Shown here: positions 36,101-48,100 of the stretch, piece by piece
Layout of the letters: the number at the start of each line of letters is the position of its first letter
Position numbering within the stretch: the first letter of the stretch is position 1
From: Scyliorhinus canicula
Taxonomy: Eukaryota
Length of the DNA: 64,000 nt
Direction of reading: 5' to 3'
NCBI RefSeq assembly: GCF_902713615.1
Contig: NC_052164.1
Location: 105,352,989 to 105,416,988, forward strand
Position numbers and translations under genes: made by a program
Notes under the pieces: generated by a model
Seen by the model: only the letters and a program-made list of their open reading frames with translations
Databases searched by the model: none
Told to the model about the DNA's origin: nothing

Positions 36101-39100
36101 ACACAGTCGTATTTATTCTCAGGACCATCTCCACATTATTACTAATATATCAACTGGGACCCACTCTAAACATGGTCAACATTCAAGAAAATTAGAGTAG
36201 CACGGTGATGCAGTGGTTAGCACTGCTACCTCACGGCGCCGAGGTCCCAGGTTCAATCCTGGCTCTGAGTGACTGTGTGTGACTCGCCCCCACAACCCAA
36301 AGATGTGGTTAGGTGGATTGGCCACGCTAAATTGCCCCTTAACGGGAAAAAAATGAATTGGACACTAAATTAATTTTTTTTTAAAAGGTAGCCATGGTGT
36401 GGAGATGCCGGCATTGGACTGGGGTGAGCACAGTAAGAATCGCGGGACAGAGTGTCCGCACTGTCGTGTTTCGCGTCGGCTCGAAATGGGTGCCAGCAGG
36501 GCGCTGGAGTGATTCATGCCGCTCCAGCCTAACTTCCTGGCGCATGCAGTGGAGACGCGCCCACACAGTCAGGTGATTCACCCGAGGAAGGAGCAGTGCT
36601 TCGAAAGCTAGTGATTCGAAACAAACCTGTTGGGACTTTAACCTGGTGTAACACTTCTTACTTTAAAAAAAAAAGGAAAGCGAAGACTTAGAAGTGACTG
36701 GATAGAGCTCTTTGAAATGGTGAATGGGTTGGGTCAGTGGAGATGGAGAAAGCGTGTTTCGGAGAATGGTGAATGGGTTGGGTCAGTGGAGATGGAGAAA
36801 GCGTGTTTCGGAGAATGGTGAATGGGTTGGGACATACGAACATACAAACTAGGAGCAGAAATGGCCACTCGGCCCCTCGAGCCTGCTCTTCCATTCGATA
36901 AGATCATGGCTGGTCTAATTGCAACTTCAACCCCACATGCCTGCCTACCCCCGATAACCTTTCACCCCCTTGTTAATCAAGAATCTATCTTGCTCTTCCT
37001 TAAGAATATTCAAAGAGGGGGCGGCACAGTGGTTAGCACTGCTGCCTCACGGTGCCGAGGTCCGATCCCGGCTCTGGGTCACTGTCCGTGTGGAGTTTGC
37101 ACATTCTCCCCGTGTTTTTGTGGGTTTCACCCCCACAACCCAAAGATGTGCAGGGTAGGTGGATTGGCCACGCAAAATTGCCCCTTAATTGGAAAAAATG
37201 AATTGGGTACTCTAAATCTATAAAAAACAAAACAAAAAAAAAGAATATTCAAAGACTCTCTTCCCCAAAAGGCTGTGGAAGCAGAGTTCCTGAGATTCAC
37301 GACCCTCAGAATAAAATTCTCATCTCCGTCTTAAATAAGCGACCCCAAATTCTAGATTCTCCCACAAGAGGAAACATCCTGTCACATCCACCCTGTCAAT
37401 ACCCCTCATGATCTTTAAGATTTAATCAAATACCTCTTATCTTCTAAATTCTAGAGAATACAAACGTAATCTTCCATCCTTGCCAAATAAGTCACCTGCC
37501 CATTCATAGAATTCCGAGTGCAAAAGGAGGCCATTTGGCCCATCGAGACAGCACCGACCCTCTAAAAGAGCACCCTACCTAGGCCCACACCCCCACCCTA
37601 TCGCTGTAACGCAGTAACTCCACCTAACCTATTAGACACTAACGGGCAACTTAGCATGGCCAATCCACCTAACCTGCAGATCTTTGGATTGTGGGAGGAA
37701 ACGGAGCACCCGGAGGAAATCCATGCAGAGACAGGGAGAATCGCCACAGTCACCCAAGGCTAGAATTGAACCCGTGCACCGGGAGCTGTGAGGGAGCAGT
37801 GCTGAGCACTGTCATCCTATTAACCTGGCATTGGTCTTGTAAACAGGACAGCAGAGAGAGAAAGCTCCTGAGAGACAGAGAGAGAAAGCTTCTGTTTCTG
37901 AGAGAATTCAATAGGGAAATAACGAGAAATTAATGATGCAAATAGTTTAGGTGTTTGCAAAAGGAAACTAAAGGGGAGGGGGTTTCTCTTTGTTTTTGGT
38001 TGAATATCTGTTTTTTGCCAACGACGGGCGTTAATGTATTGTTTCTCTTTTGTATTTACGGCGGAGGTGGGGGGGTTCTGTTTTTTTTTGTTCTTAGAAT
38101 TTTCTGTTATTGTTTTCTTTTTTGTGAAAATGTGAAAATTTGAATAAAAATTATTTAAAAAAAATATATATATCCTCAATAACCTAACCTTGTCATTTGA
38201 AAAATAAAAATGTAAAGTGCATGTGGATAGGACAGAGGAAGAGGGCTATGCTGAGTTTTCAGAAATCTGACGCAGGGACTATTGCTTTCTCTGATCACAC
38301 CTGCGTGAGTGGCTTTGAGGACAATAAAAGGATACAATATCCTTGAACTCCAGGTGAGGAAATCTCCTTCTCAACTGTGCCGCTCGGCGCAAGGAACTCG
38401 TTCCCACTACACTGGAAAAGGATGAGAAACAGGTGAGAATACTGCAGAAAAAAACACCTTCCTGGATTTAAAAGAAATTAACACTCCAACATTTCATTCT
38501 GACAGCACCATCTCTCTACAGATGAAAGCAAGTAGCTGTACCAATGCCTTACCTCCTCTCTGGTAGTGTTTCCAGGGATTTTCCAGCATGACTCGGGTGC
38601 AGAACAACAGCATCAAAGGGAATTTCACGTCTGTAACAAGACAACTGTGATTATAATTCAGAGCTCACCTCTGAATATAGCCTGCTGTTTACATGCAATG
38701 AAATCAGTAATTGTACTACTTGGGGAACATTCCCAATCAGGTTTGGGAGAGGGGCAGCAAATGGGAACACGTCCACATAGAATTGTGAAGGGGGAGTGGG
38801 CAATTATTAAATGTTGATCCCTGAAAGTTGCCACCCAGGTTGATAGGGTTGTGAAGAAGGCCTATGGTGTGTTGGCCTTTATTGGTAGAGGGATTGAGTT
38901 CCGGAGCCATGAGGTCATGTTGCATTTGTACAAAACTCTAGTACGGCCGCATTTGGAGTATTGGGTACAGTTCTGGTCGCCTCATTATAGGAAGGACGTG
39001 GAAGCTTTGGAACGGGTGCAGAGGAGATTTACCAGGATGTTGCCTGGTATGGAGGGAAAATCTTATGAGGAAAGGCTGATGGACTTGAGGTTGTTTTCGT

Positions 39101-42100
39101 TAGAGAGAAGGTTAAGAGGTGACTTAATAGAGGCATACAAAATGATCAGAGGGTTAGATAGGGCGGACAGCGAGAGCCTTCTCCCGCGGATGGAGGTGGC
39201 TAGCACGAGGGGACATAGCCTTAAATTGAGGGGTAATAGATATAGGACAGAGGTCAGAGGTGGTTTTATTACGCAAAGAGTGGTGAGGCCGTGGAATGCC
39301 CTACCTGCAACAGTAGTGAACTCGCCAACGTTGAGGGCATTAAAAAATTTATTGGATAAGCATATGGATGATAAGGGCATAGTGCAGGTTAGATGGCCTT
39401 TAGTTTTTTTCCATGTCGGTGCAACATCGAGGGCCGAAGGGCCTGTACTGCGCTGTATCGTTCTATGTTCTATGTTGTAAAGATGCCCAAACTGCTTTTG
39501 CATCATTACAGCAAACGTATAAACTAGAGGTCATGTATCCTCCACACACAGATACAGAATAAGGTTCCCTCCACAATGTCCCCACCAAACACTCCCAGGA
39601 CAGGTACAGCACAGGGTTAGATACAGAGTAAAGCTCCCTCTACACTGTCCCCATCAAACACCCCCAGGACAGGTACAGCACGGGGTTAGATACAGAGTAA
39701 AGCTCCCTCTACACTGTCCCCATCAAACACTCCCAGGACAGGTACAGCTCGGGGTTAGATACAGAGTAAAGCCAAACCGGAATTTGGGTGCTGGCTGCAT
39801 TGAATAATTTTAATTGTACCGAAAGATGAAGATTTTTAACCTGATAACACTCACTTGCAGATGGCTCCAATTGTAAATCCTGGGGGGAGTGTAGTTGGCA
39901 GGTCCTTCAGAGAGTGAACTACCAGGTCAACTCTGCATCAAAAGAGCAGGCGAGGTGTTAGTAGAGAAGATAACATGACAGAATGAATGACATTCCCAAC
40001 AAAGAATGCAATCCTTTTCCCAGGCTAATAGGGTAACACACCAAGGTTGAAAAAGAATGATGGGAGGTAAACTAGGAGTTATCTTCCCTCCCACTCTGAA
40101 CACTCGAATGCATAATCCAGGCGGACATTCCAGAGCAGCACTGAGGGGGGGGGGTTTGAGAAAATGGTGACGAGTTAAACTGTAGAACGGCTGTAGTCCA
40201 TTGGGGGAGGTGCTGCCTTCAATTTAATTTTTAGCGCACTGTGCTAAATCAGCCCCGATAATAATAGCTCATTGTCACAAGTAGACTTCAATGAAATTAC
40301 TGTGAAAAGCCCCTAGTCGCCACATTCCGGCACCTGTTTGGGAGGTCGGTATGGGAATTGAACCCGCACTGCTGGCATTGTTCTGCATCACAAGCCAGTT
40401 GTTTAGCACAGTCCCGCCCGACGCTGCCCGGGAGCCCCGCCCGACGCTGCCCGGGAGCCCCGCCCGACGCTGCCCGGGAGCCCCGCCCGACGCTGCCCGG
40501 GAGCCCCGCCCGACGCTGCCCGGGAGCCCCGCCCGACGCTGCCCGGGAGCCCCGCCCGACGCTGCCCCGGAGCCCCGCCCGACGCTGCCCCGGAGCCCCG
40601 CCCGACGCTGCCCCCGGAGCCCCGCCCGATGCTGCCCCGGAGCCCCGCCCGACGCTGCCCCGGAGCCCCGCCCGACGCTGCCCCGGAGCCCCGCCCGACG
40701 CTGCCCCGGAGCCCCGCCCGACGCTGCCCCGGAGCCCCGCCCGACGCTGCCCCGGAGCCCCGCCCGACGCTGCCCCGGAGCCCCGCCCGACGCTGCCCCG
40801 GAGCCCCGCCCGACGCTGCCCCGGAGCCCCGCCCGACGCTGCCCGGGAGCCCCGCCCGACGCTGCCCGGGAGCCCCGCCCGACGCTGCCCGGGAGCCCCG
40901 CCCGACGCTGCCCGGGAGCCCCGCCCGACGCTGCCCGGGAGCCCCGCCCGACGCTGCCCCGGAGCCCCGCCCGACGCTGCCCCGGAGCCCCGCCCGACGC
41001 TGCCCCGGAGCCCCGCCCGACGCTGCCCCGGAGCCCCGCCCGACGCTGCCCCGGAGCCCCGCCCGACGCTGCCCCGGAGCCCCGCCCGACGCTGCCCCGG
41101 AGCCCCGCCCGACGCTGCCCCGGAGCCCGCCCGTCGCTGCCCCGGAGCCCCGCCCGACGCTGCCCCGGAGCCCCGCCCGACGCTGCCCCCGCGCCCCGCC
41201 CGACGCTGCCCCGGAGCCCCGCCCGACGCTGCCCCGGAGCCCCGCCCGACGCTGCCCCGGAGCCCCGCCCGACGCTGCCCCGGAGCCCCGCCCGACGCTG
41301 CCCCGGAGCCCCGCCCGACGCTGCCCGGAGCCCCGCCCGACGGCCCGGAGCCCCGCCCGACGCTGCCCGGAGCCCCGCCCGACGCTGCCCCGGAGCCCCG
41401 CCCGACGCTGCCCCCGGAGCCCCGCCCGACGCTGCCCCGGAGCCCCGCCCGACGCTGCCCGGGAGCCCCGCCCGACGCTGCCCCGGAGCCCCGCCCGACG
41501 CTGCCCCGGAGCCCCGCCCGATGCTGCCCCGGAGCCCCGCCCGACGCTGCCCCGGAGCCCCGCCCGACGCTGCCCCGGAGCCCCGCCCGACGCTGCCCGG
41601 GATCCCCGCTGGACGCTGTCTGAATTGCTGACAATCATATTAAATAATGGTGAAGGGAAATGAGTTTCAAAATGATTTGCGGCATCACGGTGGCGCAGTA
41701 GTTAGCACTGCTGCCTCACGGTGCCGAGGACCCGGGTTTGATCCTGGCCCCGGGTCAGTGTCTGTGTGGAGTTTACACATTCTCCCCGTGTCTGCCTGTG
41801 TTTCACCCCCTCAACCAAAAGGATATGCAGGGTAGGTGGTTTGGCCACACTAAACTGCCCCTTAATTGGAAAAAAATAATTGGGTAATAATAAAATAAAA
41901 AGGATTTGCAAGTACCAGTTGGCAGCGTTAAGTGAAGGACAGGCAAACAGACATGAAGAAGCCATACTCATGTTTCTCCAATGCGGTTTCCAGCTCCTTT
42001 GTGAACAGACTTTTCTCTCCAATCTAATAAAGACAGAAATTAACACCAGGGTTCAATAATGTCACTGCATTCAACCTGCTGCAAGTATTTCCACACACAG

Positions 42101-45100
42101 ACTCCCCATATCCATTATACAACAGTGACATATGCTGCATACAGCAACACAAACTGTTGGGAGAGACCACAATAGTCCCAATAAGCATTCTATCTCCAGT
42201 AAGTAAAAGTAAAGTTGCCATAGCCCCAGATGACCACAGGCTGCTTTGCCCTTTGAGTGGGGAGAGCTGACTCGTGGTGGTTTAACCTGAGGGTCACCAC
42301 ACCTCAGGCGAGGGGCAAGGTTGAGAAGGAGGGGCCTTCATGAACCTCAGCCGGTACGGGGAATCAAGCCTGCGCTGTTAGCCTTGCTCTGCATCACGAA
42401 CCAGCTGTCCAGCCACCTGAGCTAAACCAGCCCACTATTATCAGCAGCTACTGTAAGCAGCAGTAGAATGGCGTAGAGGGAAACAACATTCTTTAAAAAT
42501 AAAAATAAATTTGTATTTTTTTGTTACCAATATGACAATGAGCTAATTGCAAAATATTGTACTTCTTACATTTTGCTGGGTTATGAAGAAAGTAAAAGAG
42601 TGTATCTCTGTCAAACATTCTTACTCTAGCTACAGCACTTAGATACAGAGTAAAGCTCCCTCTACACTGTCCCTATCAAACACTCCCAGGACAGGTACAG
42701 CACGGGGTTAGATACAGAGTAAAGCTCCCTCTACACTGTCCCCATCAAACACTCCCAGGACAGGTACAGCACGGGGTTAGATACAGAGTAAAGCTCCCTC
42801 TACACTGTCCCCATCAAACACACCCAGGACAGGTACAGCACGGGGTTAGATACAGAGTAAAGCTCCCTCTGCACTGTCCCCATCAAACACTCCCAGGACA
42901 GGTACAGCACGGGGTTAGATACAGAGTAACGCTCCCTCTACACTGTCCCCATCAAACACTCCCAGGACAGGTACAGCACGGGGTTAGATACAGAGTAAAG
43001 CTCCCTCAACACTGTCCCCATCAAACACTCCCAGGACAGGTACAGCACGGGGTTAGATACAGAGTAACGCTCCCTCTACACTGTCCCCATCAAACACTCC
43101 CAGGACAGGTACAGCACGGGGTTAGATACAGAGTAACGCTCCCTCTACACTGTCCCCATCAAACACTCCCAGGACAGGTACGGCACGGGGTTAGATACAG
43201 AGTAAAGCTCCCACTACATGGTCCCATTTAAAGGTTTTATGCAAGGGCATTTCTGTGACTTGGACTATTGTACAGTACTTGTAAAGCAATGTAGAAAATG
43301 GCAAACTAAGAGAGAAAACAAGGGGTACCTTTGAGAGAGCTGTATCCAGAATTTTGTCCCCGGTGGTTGTCATGGCAACTGTGAAGATAGAAGACAGCAT
43401 TAATCTTGGGGTGGGCACTATATTGGTATATGTAGTAGCTGCAAACAGAACGGAGAACCACGTCCACTCTCTCTCTTCAGATACACAATGTCATACTCTG
43501 TGGCCACTGGCCAAACCACTCCAAGACCCCCACCCTCCCCAAACCCCCACCACCAGCCCACAAACCCCAAACCACACTGGGTAGTCCTCCAGCCACCCAC
43601 CCCGCACAACCCACCACCCAACCCGCACAACCCTCCCCCTCTCCCCCACAACCCTACCCCTCTCCCAAAACCCTCCCCCTCTCCCCCACCCCGCACAACC
43701 CTCCCCCACCCCGCACAACCCTCCCCCACCCCGCACAACCCTCCCCCTCTCCCCCACCACCCACAACCCTCCCCCTCCCCCCGCACAACCCTCCCCCTCT
43801 CCCCCACCCCGCACAACCCTCCCCCTCCCCGCACAACCCTCCCCCTCTCCCCCACCACCCACAACCCTCCCCCCGCACAACCCTACCCCTCCCCCTCTCC
43901 CCCACAATCCTCTCCCTCTCCCCGCACAACCCTCCCCGCACAACCCCCCCTTCCCCGCACAACCCTCCCCCTCTCCGCACAACCCTCCCCCTCTCCGCAC
44001 AACCCTCCCCCTCTCCCCCACAACCCTCCCCCTCCCCGCACAACCCCCCCTTCCCCCACAACCCTCCCCTCTCCCCACAACCCTCCCCCTCTCCCCACAA
44101 CCCTCCCCCTCCCCCCACAACCCTCCCCCTCCCCGCACAACCCCCCCTTCCCCGCACAACCCTCCCCCTCTCCGCACAACCCTCCCCCTCTCCGCACAAC
44201 CCTCCCCCTCTCCGCACAACCCTCCCCCTCTCCGCACAACCCTCCCCCTCCCCGCACAACCCTCCCCCTCTCCGCACAACCCTCCCCCTCTCCGCACAAC
44301 CCTCCCCCTCTCCGCACAACCCTCCCCCTCTCCGCACAACCCTCCCCCTCTCCGCACAACCCTCCCCCTCTCCGCACAACCCTCCCCCTCTCCGCACAAC
44401 CCTCCCCCTCTCCGCGCAAACCCTCCCCCTCTCCGCGCAACCCTCCCCCTCTCCGCACAACCCTCCCCCTCTCCGCACAACCCTCCCCCTCTCCGCACAA
44501 CCCTCCCCCTCTCCGCACAACCCTCCCCCTCTCCGCACAACCCTCCCCCTCTCCGCACAACCCTCCCCCTCTCCCCCACAACCCTCCCCCTCTCCCCACA
44601 ACCCTCCCCCTCTCCCCCACAACCCTCCCCCTCTCCCCCTCCCCGCACAACCCTCCCCCTCTCCCCCACAACTCTCCCCCTCCCCGCACAACCCACCCCC
44701 TCTCCCCTACCCCGCACAACCCTCTCCCCACCCCGCACAACCCTCCCCCTCTCCCCCACCCCGCACAACCCTCTCCCCCACCCCGCACAACCCTCCCCCT
44801 CTCCCCCACCCCGCACAACCCTCCCCCTCCCCGCACAACCCTCCCCCTCTCCCCCACCCCGCACAACCCTCTCCCCCACCCCGCACAACCCTCCCCCTCT
44901 CCCCCACCCCGCACAACCCTCTCCCCCACCCCGCACAACCCTCCCCCTCTCCCCCACCCCGCACAACCCTCTCCCCCACCCCGCACAACCCTCTCCCCCA
45001 CCCCCGCACAACCCTCCCCCTCTCCCCCACCCCGCACAACCCTCCCCCTCCCCACACAACCCTCCCCGCACAACCCTCCCCCTCTCCCCCACCCCGCACA

Positions 45101-48100
45101 ACCCTCCCCCCCACCCCGCACAACCCTCCCCCTCTCCCCCACCCCGCACAACCCTCCCCCCCACCCCGCACAACCCTCCCCCTCTCCGCACAACCCTCTT
45201 CCCCTCTCCGCACAACCCTCTTTCTCTCCCCCCGCACACCCCTCCCCCTCCCCGCACAACCCTCCCCCTCCCCGCACAACCCTCCCCCTCTCCCCCACCC
45301 CGCACAACCCTCTCCCCCACCCCGCACAACCCTCCCCCCCACCCCGCACAACCCTCCACCCCGCACAACCCTCCCCCCCACCCCACACAACCCTCTTCCC
45401 CTCTCCGCACAACCCTCTTTCTCTCCCCCCCACACACAAAGGACAAAAGACAGCCGAACTTTAGCAAATTTCAGAAAACATTGTTAATTCCTTTGTGACT
45501 TGTGACGAGGGAAGGAAACTCCAGGCAATCAGGGCCATCCAGCTTTCCTTCCCATTCCTGTAGTCAGCTGTCCAGGACCAGGAATGTCCACTTGTGTCCA
45601 TCGGACCACCCCGATCCGGTTTTAACCGTGTTCTCCAGTAGCCCAATCTGTCAAAACGCCATCCAGTAACCTCTTACATTTCATAACATCCTCCACTTGC
45701 ATTGCTCCCCTGGGGGTGGCGACGCTGCACATTTACCATCCTGTGAGGTAGGATATGTCTTATCTGTCCACTTCCCTTTAATCATCCAAGCTCAAATCCA
45801 TATCCCTCTGTCCTGAAACTCTGGCTTTGGAGAGGGAACCACAAATATTCCCACATCTGATACCTGTACTGAACGGATGGACTTGAGGACATGCTGCGTG
45901 AACCTGGTTTGTATTCTTTTGAATTTTGAAGCTTAACAGATGATCTAATTGAAGTAACTCAAATGATAAAGTCGATAGAGACAAATCATTTCTTCTGCTG
46001 GGGGCGCCCAGAATAAGGGGAACCATCTTAAAATCAAAACTAAGCCCTTCAGAAGTGACATTCGGGAACACATTTTCACACCTGGTGGAAATCTGGCTGG
46101 TACCAATAGATTTGAGTAAAGCAAGAATATGAAGGATACCGAGCAAAGGTGAGTTGATGGAGCAGATTAACTCTGATCGGATGGAGGAACAGGCTGGGGG
46201 CGGGGGTTACTAAATGATTTACTCCGTTCCAATGTTTACTGTTATGTTTATGCTTTGGGCTCATTGAAAATGAAATGAAAATCGCTTATTGTCACGAGTA
46301 GGCTTCAATGAAGTTACTGTGAAAAGCCCCTAGTCGCCACATTCCGGCGCCTGTCCGGGGAGGCTGGTACGGGATCTATTATCTATTGCTTATCTATTTC
46401 CTAAATACCCCAATAAGACCACCTGTCTCTTCTGCAATGTTAGTATCTCTGATCGTCCTTCACCGTTCCGTCTCCATTTCACACCAGAATTGCTGTGATG
46501 TGTATTCTCTCCACATGTGGCTGATAATTCAATTCACCCCCAACTCCACAAGCACCCCGCACTTACCGATTTCAAATTGTGCAGTTGGATAATGCTCTTT
46601 CAGCATGTCTGTCACAGAGTCAGTCTGAGTTCGAGCAAGCTGTGAGACATGAAACAAGATTGATCAGATTTCACACATTGAACGCACTAACAGAGAAATC
46701 AGAGCTCACTCCTGTACACGAGATACAACCAACAACAAGTCAGGTCACAGCAAAATAAAACTGTCCCACCTTCTCAAGCAACTAGCGAGTACACAATTCC
46801 TTTTTTTCCAATTAAGGGGTAATTTAGCGTGGCCAAACACGGGGAGAATGTGTAAACCCCACACGGACAGTGACTCAGGGCGGGGATCGAACCTGGGACC
46901 TCGGCGCCCTGAAGCCACAGTGCTAACCACTGCGCAACCGTGCTGCCCTTTGGATGATCATTTGAACAGAAACAATGTGCAGGGTTATGGGGAAAAGGCA
47001 GGGGAACGGCGCTAAGTCATGCTGCCCATTTGGAGAGCCGGTAGAGACAGAATGGACCGAATGGCCTCTTCCTGCGCTGTAACAATTGTGTCTGGAAATC
47101 CATCTATTTCTTCCTTAAATATATTCAGTGATTTGGTCTGCACAGCTTTCTGTGGTGGAGAGCTTCACAGGTTTATCACGCTGAGTGAAGAAATGTCTCC
47201 TCATCTCAGTCCTAAATGGCCACCACATATCCTGAGATTATGACCCCTTGTTCTAACCCCCCCTACTCCCCAGACTGAGGAAACATCATCCCTGTTTTAC
47301 AATATAACCTTTATTATTGTCACAAATAGGCTTACACTAACACTGCAATGAAGTTACTGTGAAAATCCCCTAGTCGCCACATTCCGGCGCCTGTTCGGGT
47401 CACAGAGGGAGAATTCAGAATGTCCAATTCACCTAACAGCACGTCTTTCAGGACGTGTGGGAGGAAACCAGAGCACCCGGAGGAAACCCACGCAGACAGG
47501 GGAGAACGTGCAGGCTCCGCACAGACAGTGACCCAAGCCGGGAATCGAACCTGGGATTCCGGCACTGCGAAACAACAGTGCTAACCACTGTGCTACCGTG
47601 CAGCCCATAGCAGTCTGTCCAACCCTGTCTGAATTTTATATATTTCAATGAGATTCCCTCTCACTCTTCTAAACTCCAGTGAATACAGGCCCCGTCAAGC
47701 CAATCTCTCCTCACACGACCATCCTGCCATCCCGGTAATCAGTCTGGTGAACCTTCGCTGCTCTCCCTCAATGACAAGTTTATCCTTTCTTTGGCAAGGA
47801 GACCAAAACTGAACACAGTACTCCAGGTGTACCCTGTACAGCCACAGCAACAGATCCTTGATCCTCTTGCAATGAAGTCCAACATACCATTTGCCTTCTT
47901 AACTACTTGCTGCACCTGCATGCTTGGTCTGAGAGAGAGAAATGCATATCTAATGCTAGACTGAGAAAGGTTTAAGCGGCTGTTGTACAGCTATACATAT
48001 TTTTGCTGAGCTGAAACGCTTACTAGTATTTCAGTGGAATCTTGACGATTATTGTGAAGTCATCTGGAGAATTCTCCGAACAAAAGTACTTATCTGGACA

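Larger units (their letters stand above)
34382..38335 (-). other. HMBS: U12-type (minor spliceosome) GT-AG intron of HMBS
   Basis: 5' splice site GTATCCTTTT (38335-38326); branch site TTTCTTTAAC (34405-34396) ending 14 nt from the exon, with no long polypyrimidine tract after it. Confidence 0.88.

Noticed and set aside
38851-39480. Intact 209-aa ORF antisense to HMBS
   Set aside because: It is the C-terminal part of CR1 ORF2 from a 5'-truncated insertion, not a host gene.
34466-45467. Long repetitive ORFs at 34466-35950, 40297-41663 and 43488-45467
   Set aside because: Minisatellite artefacts open in several frames, with no domain content.
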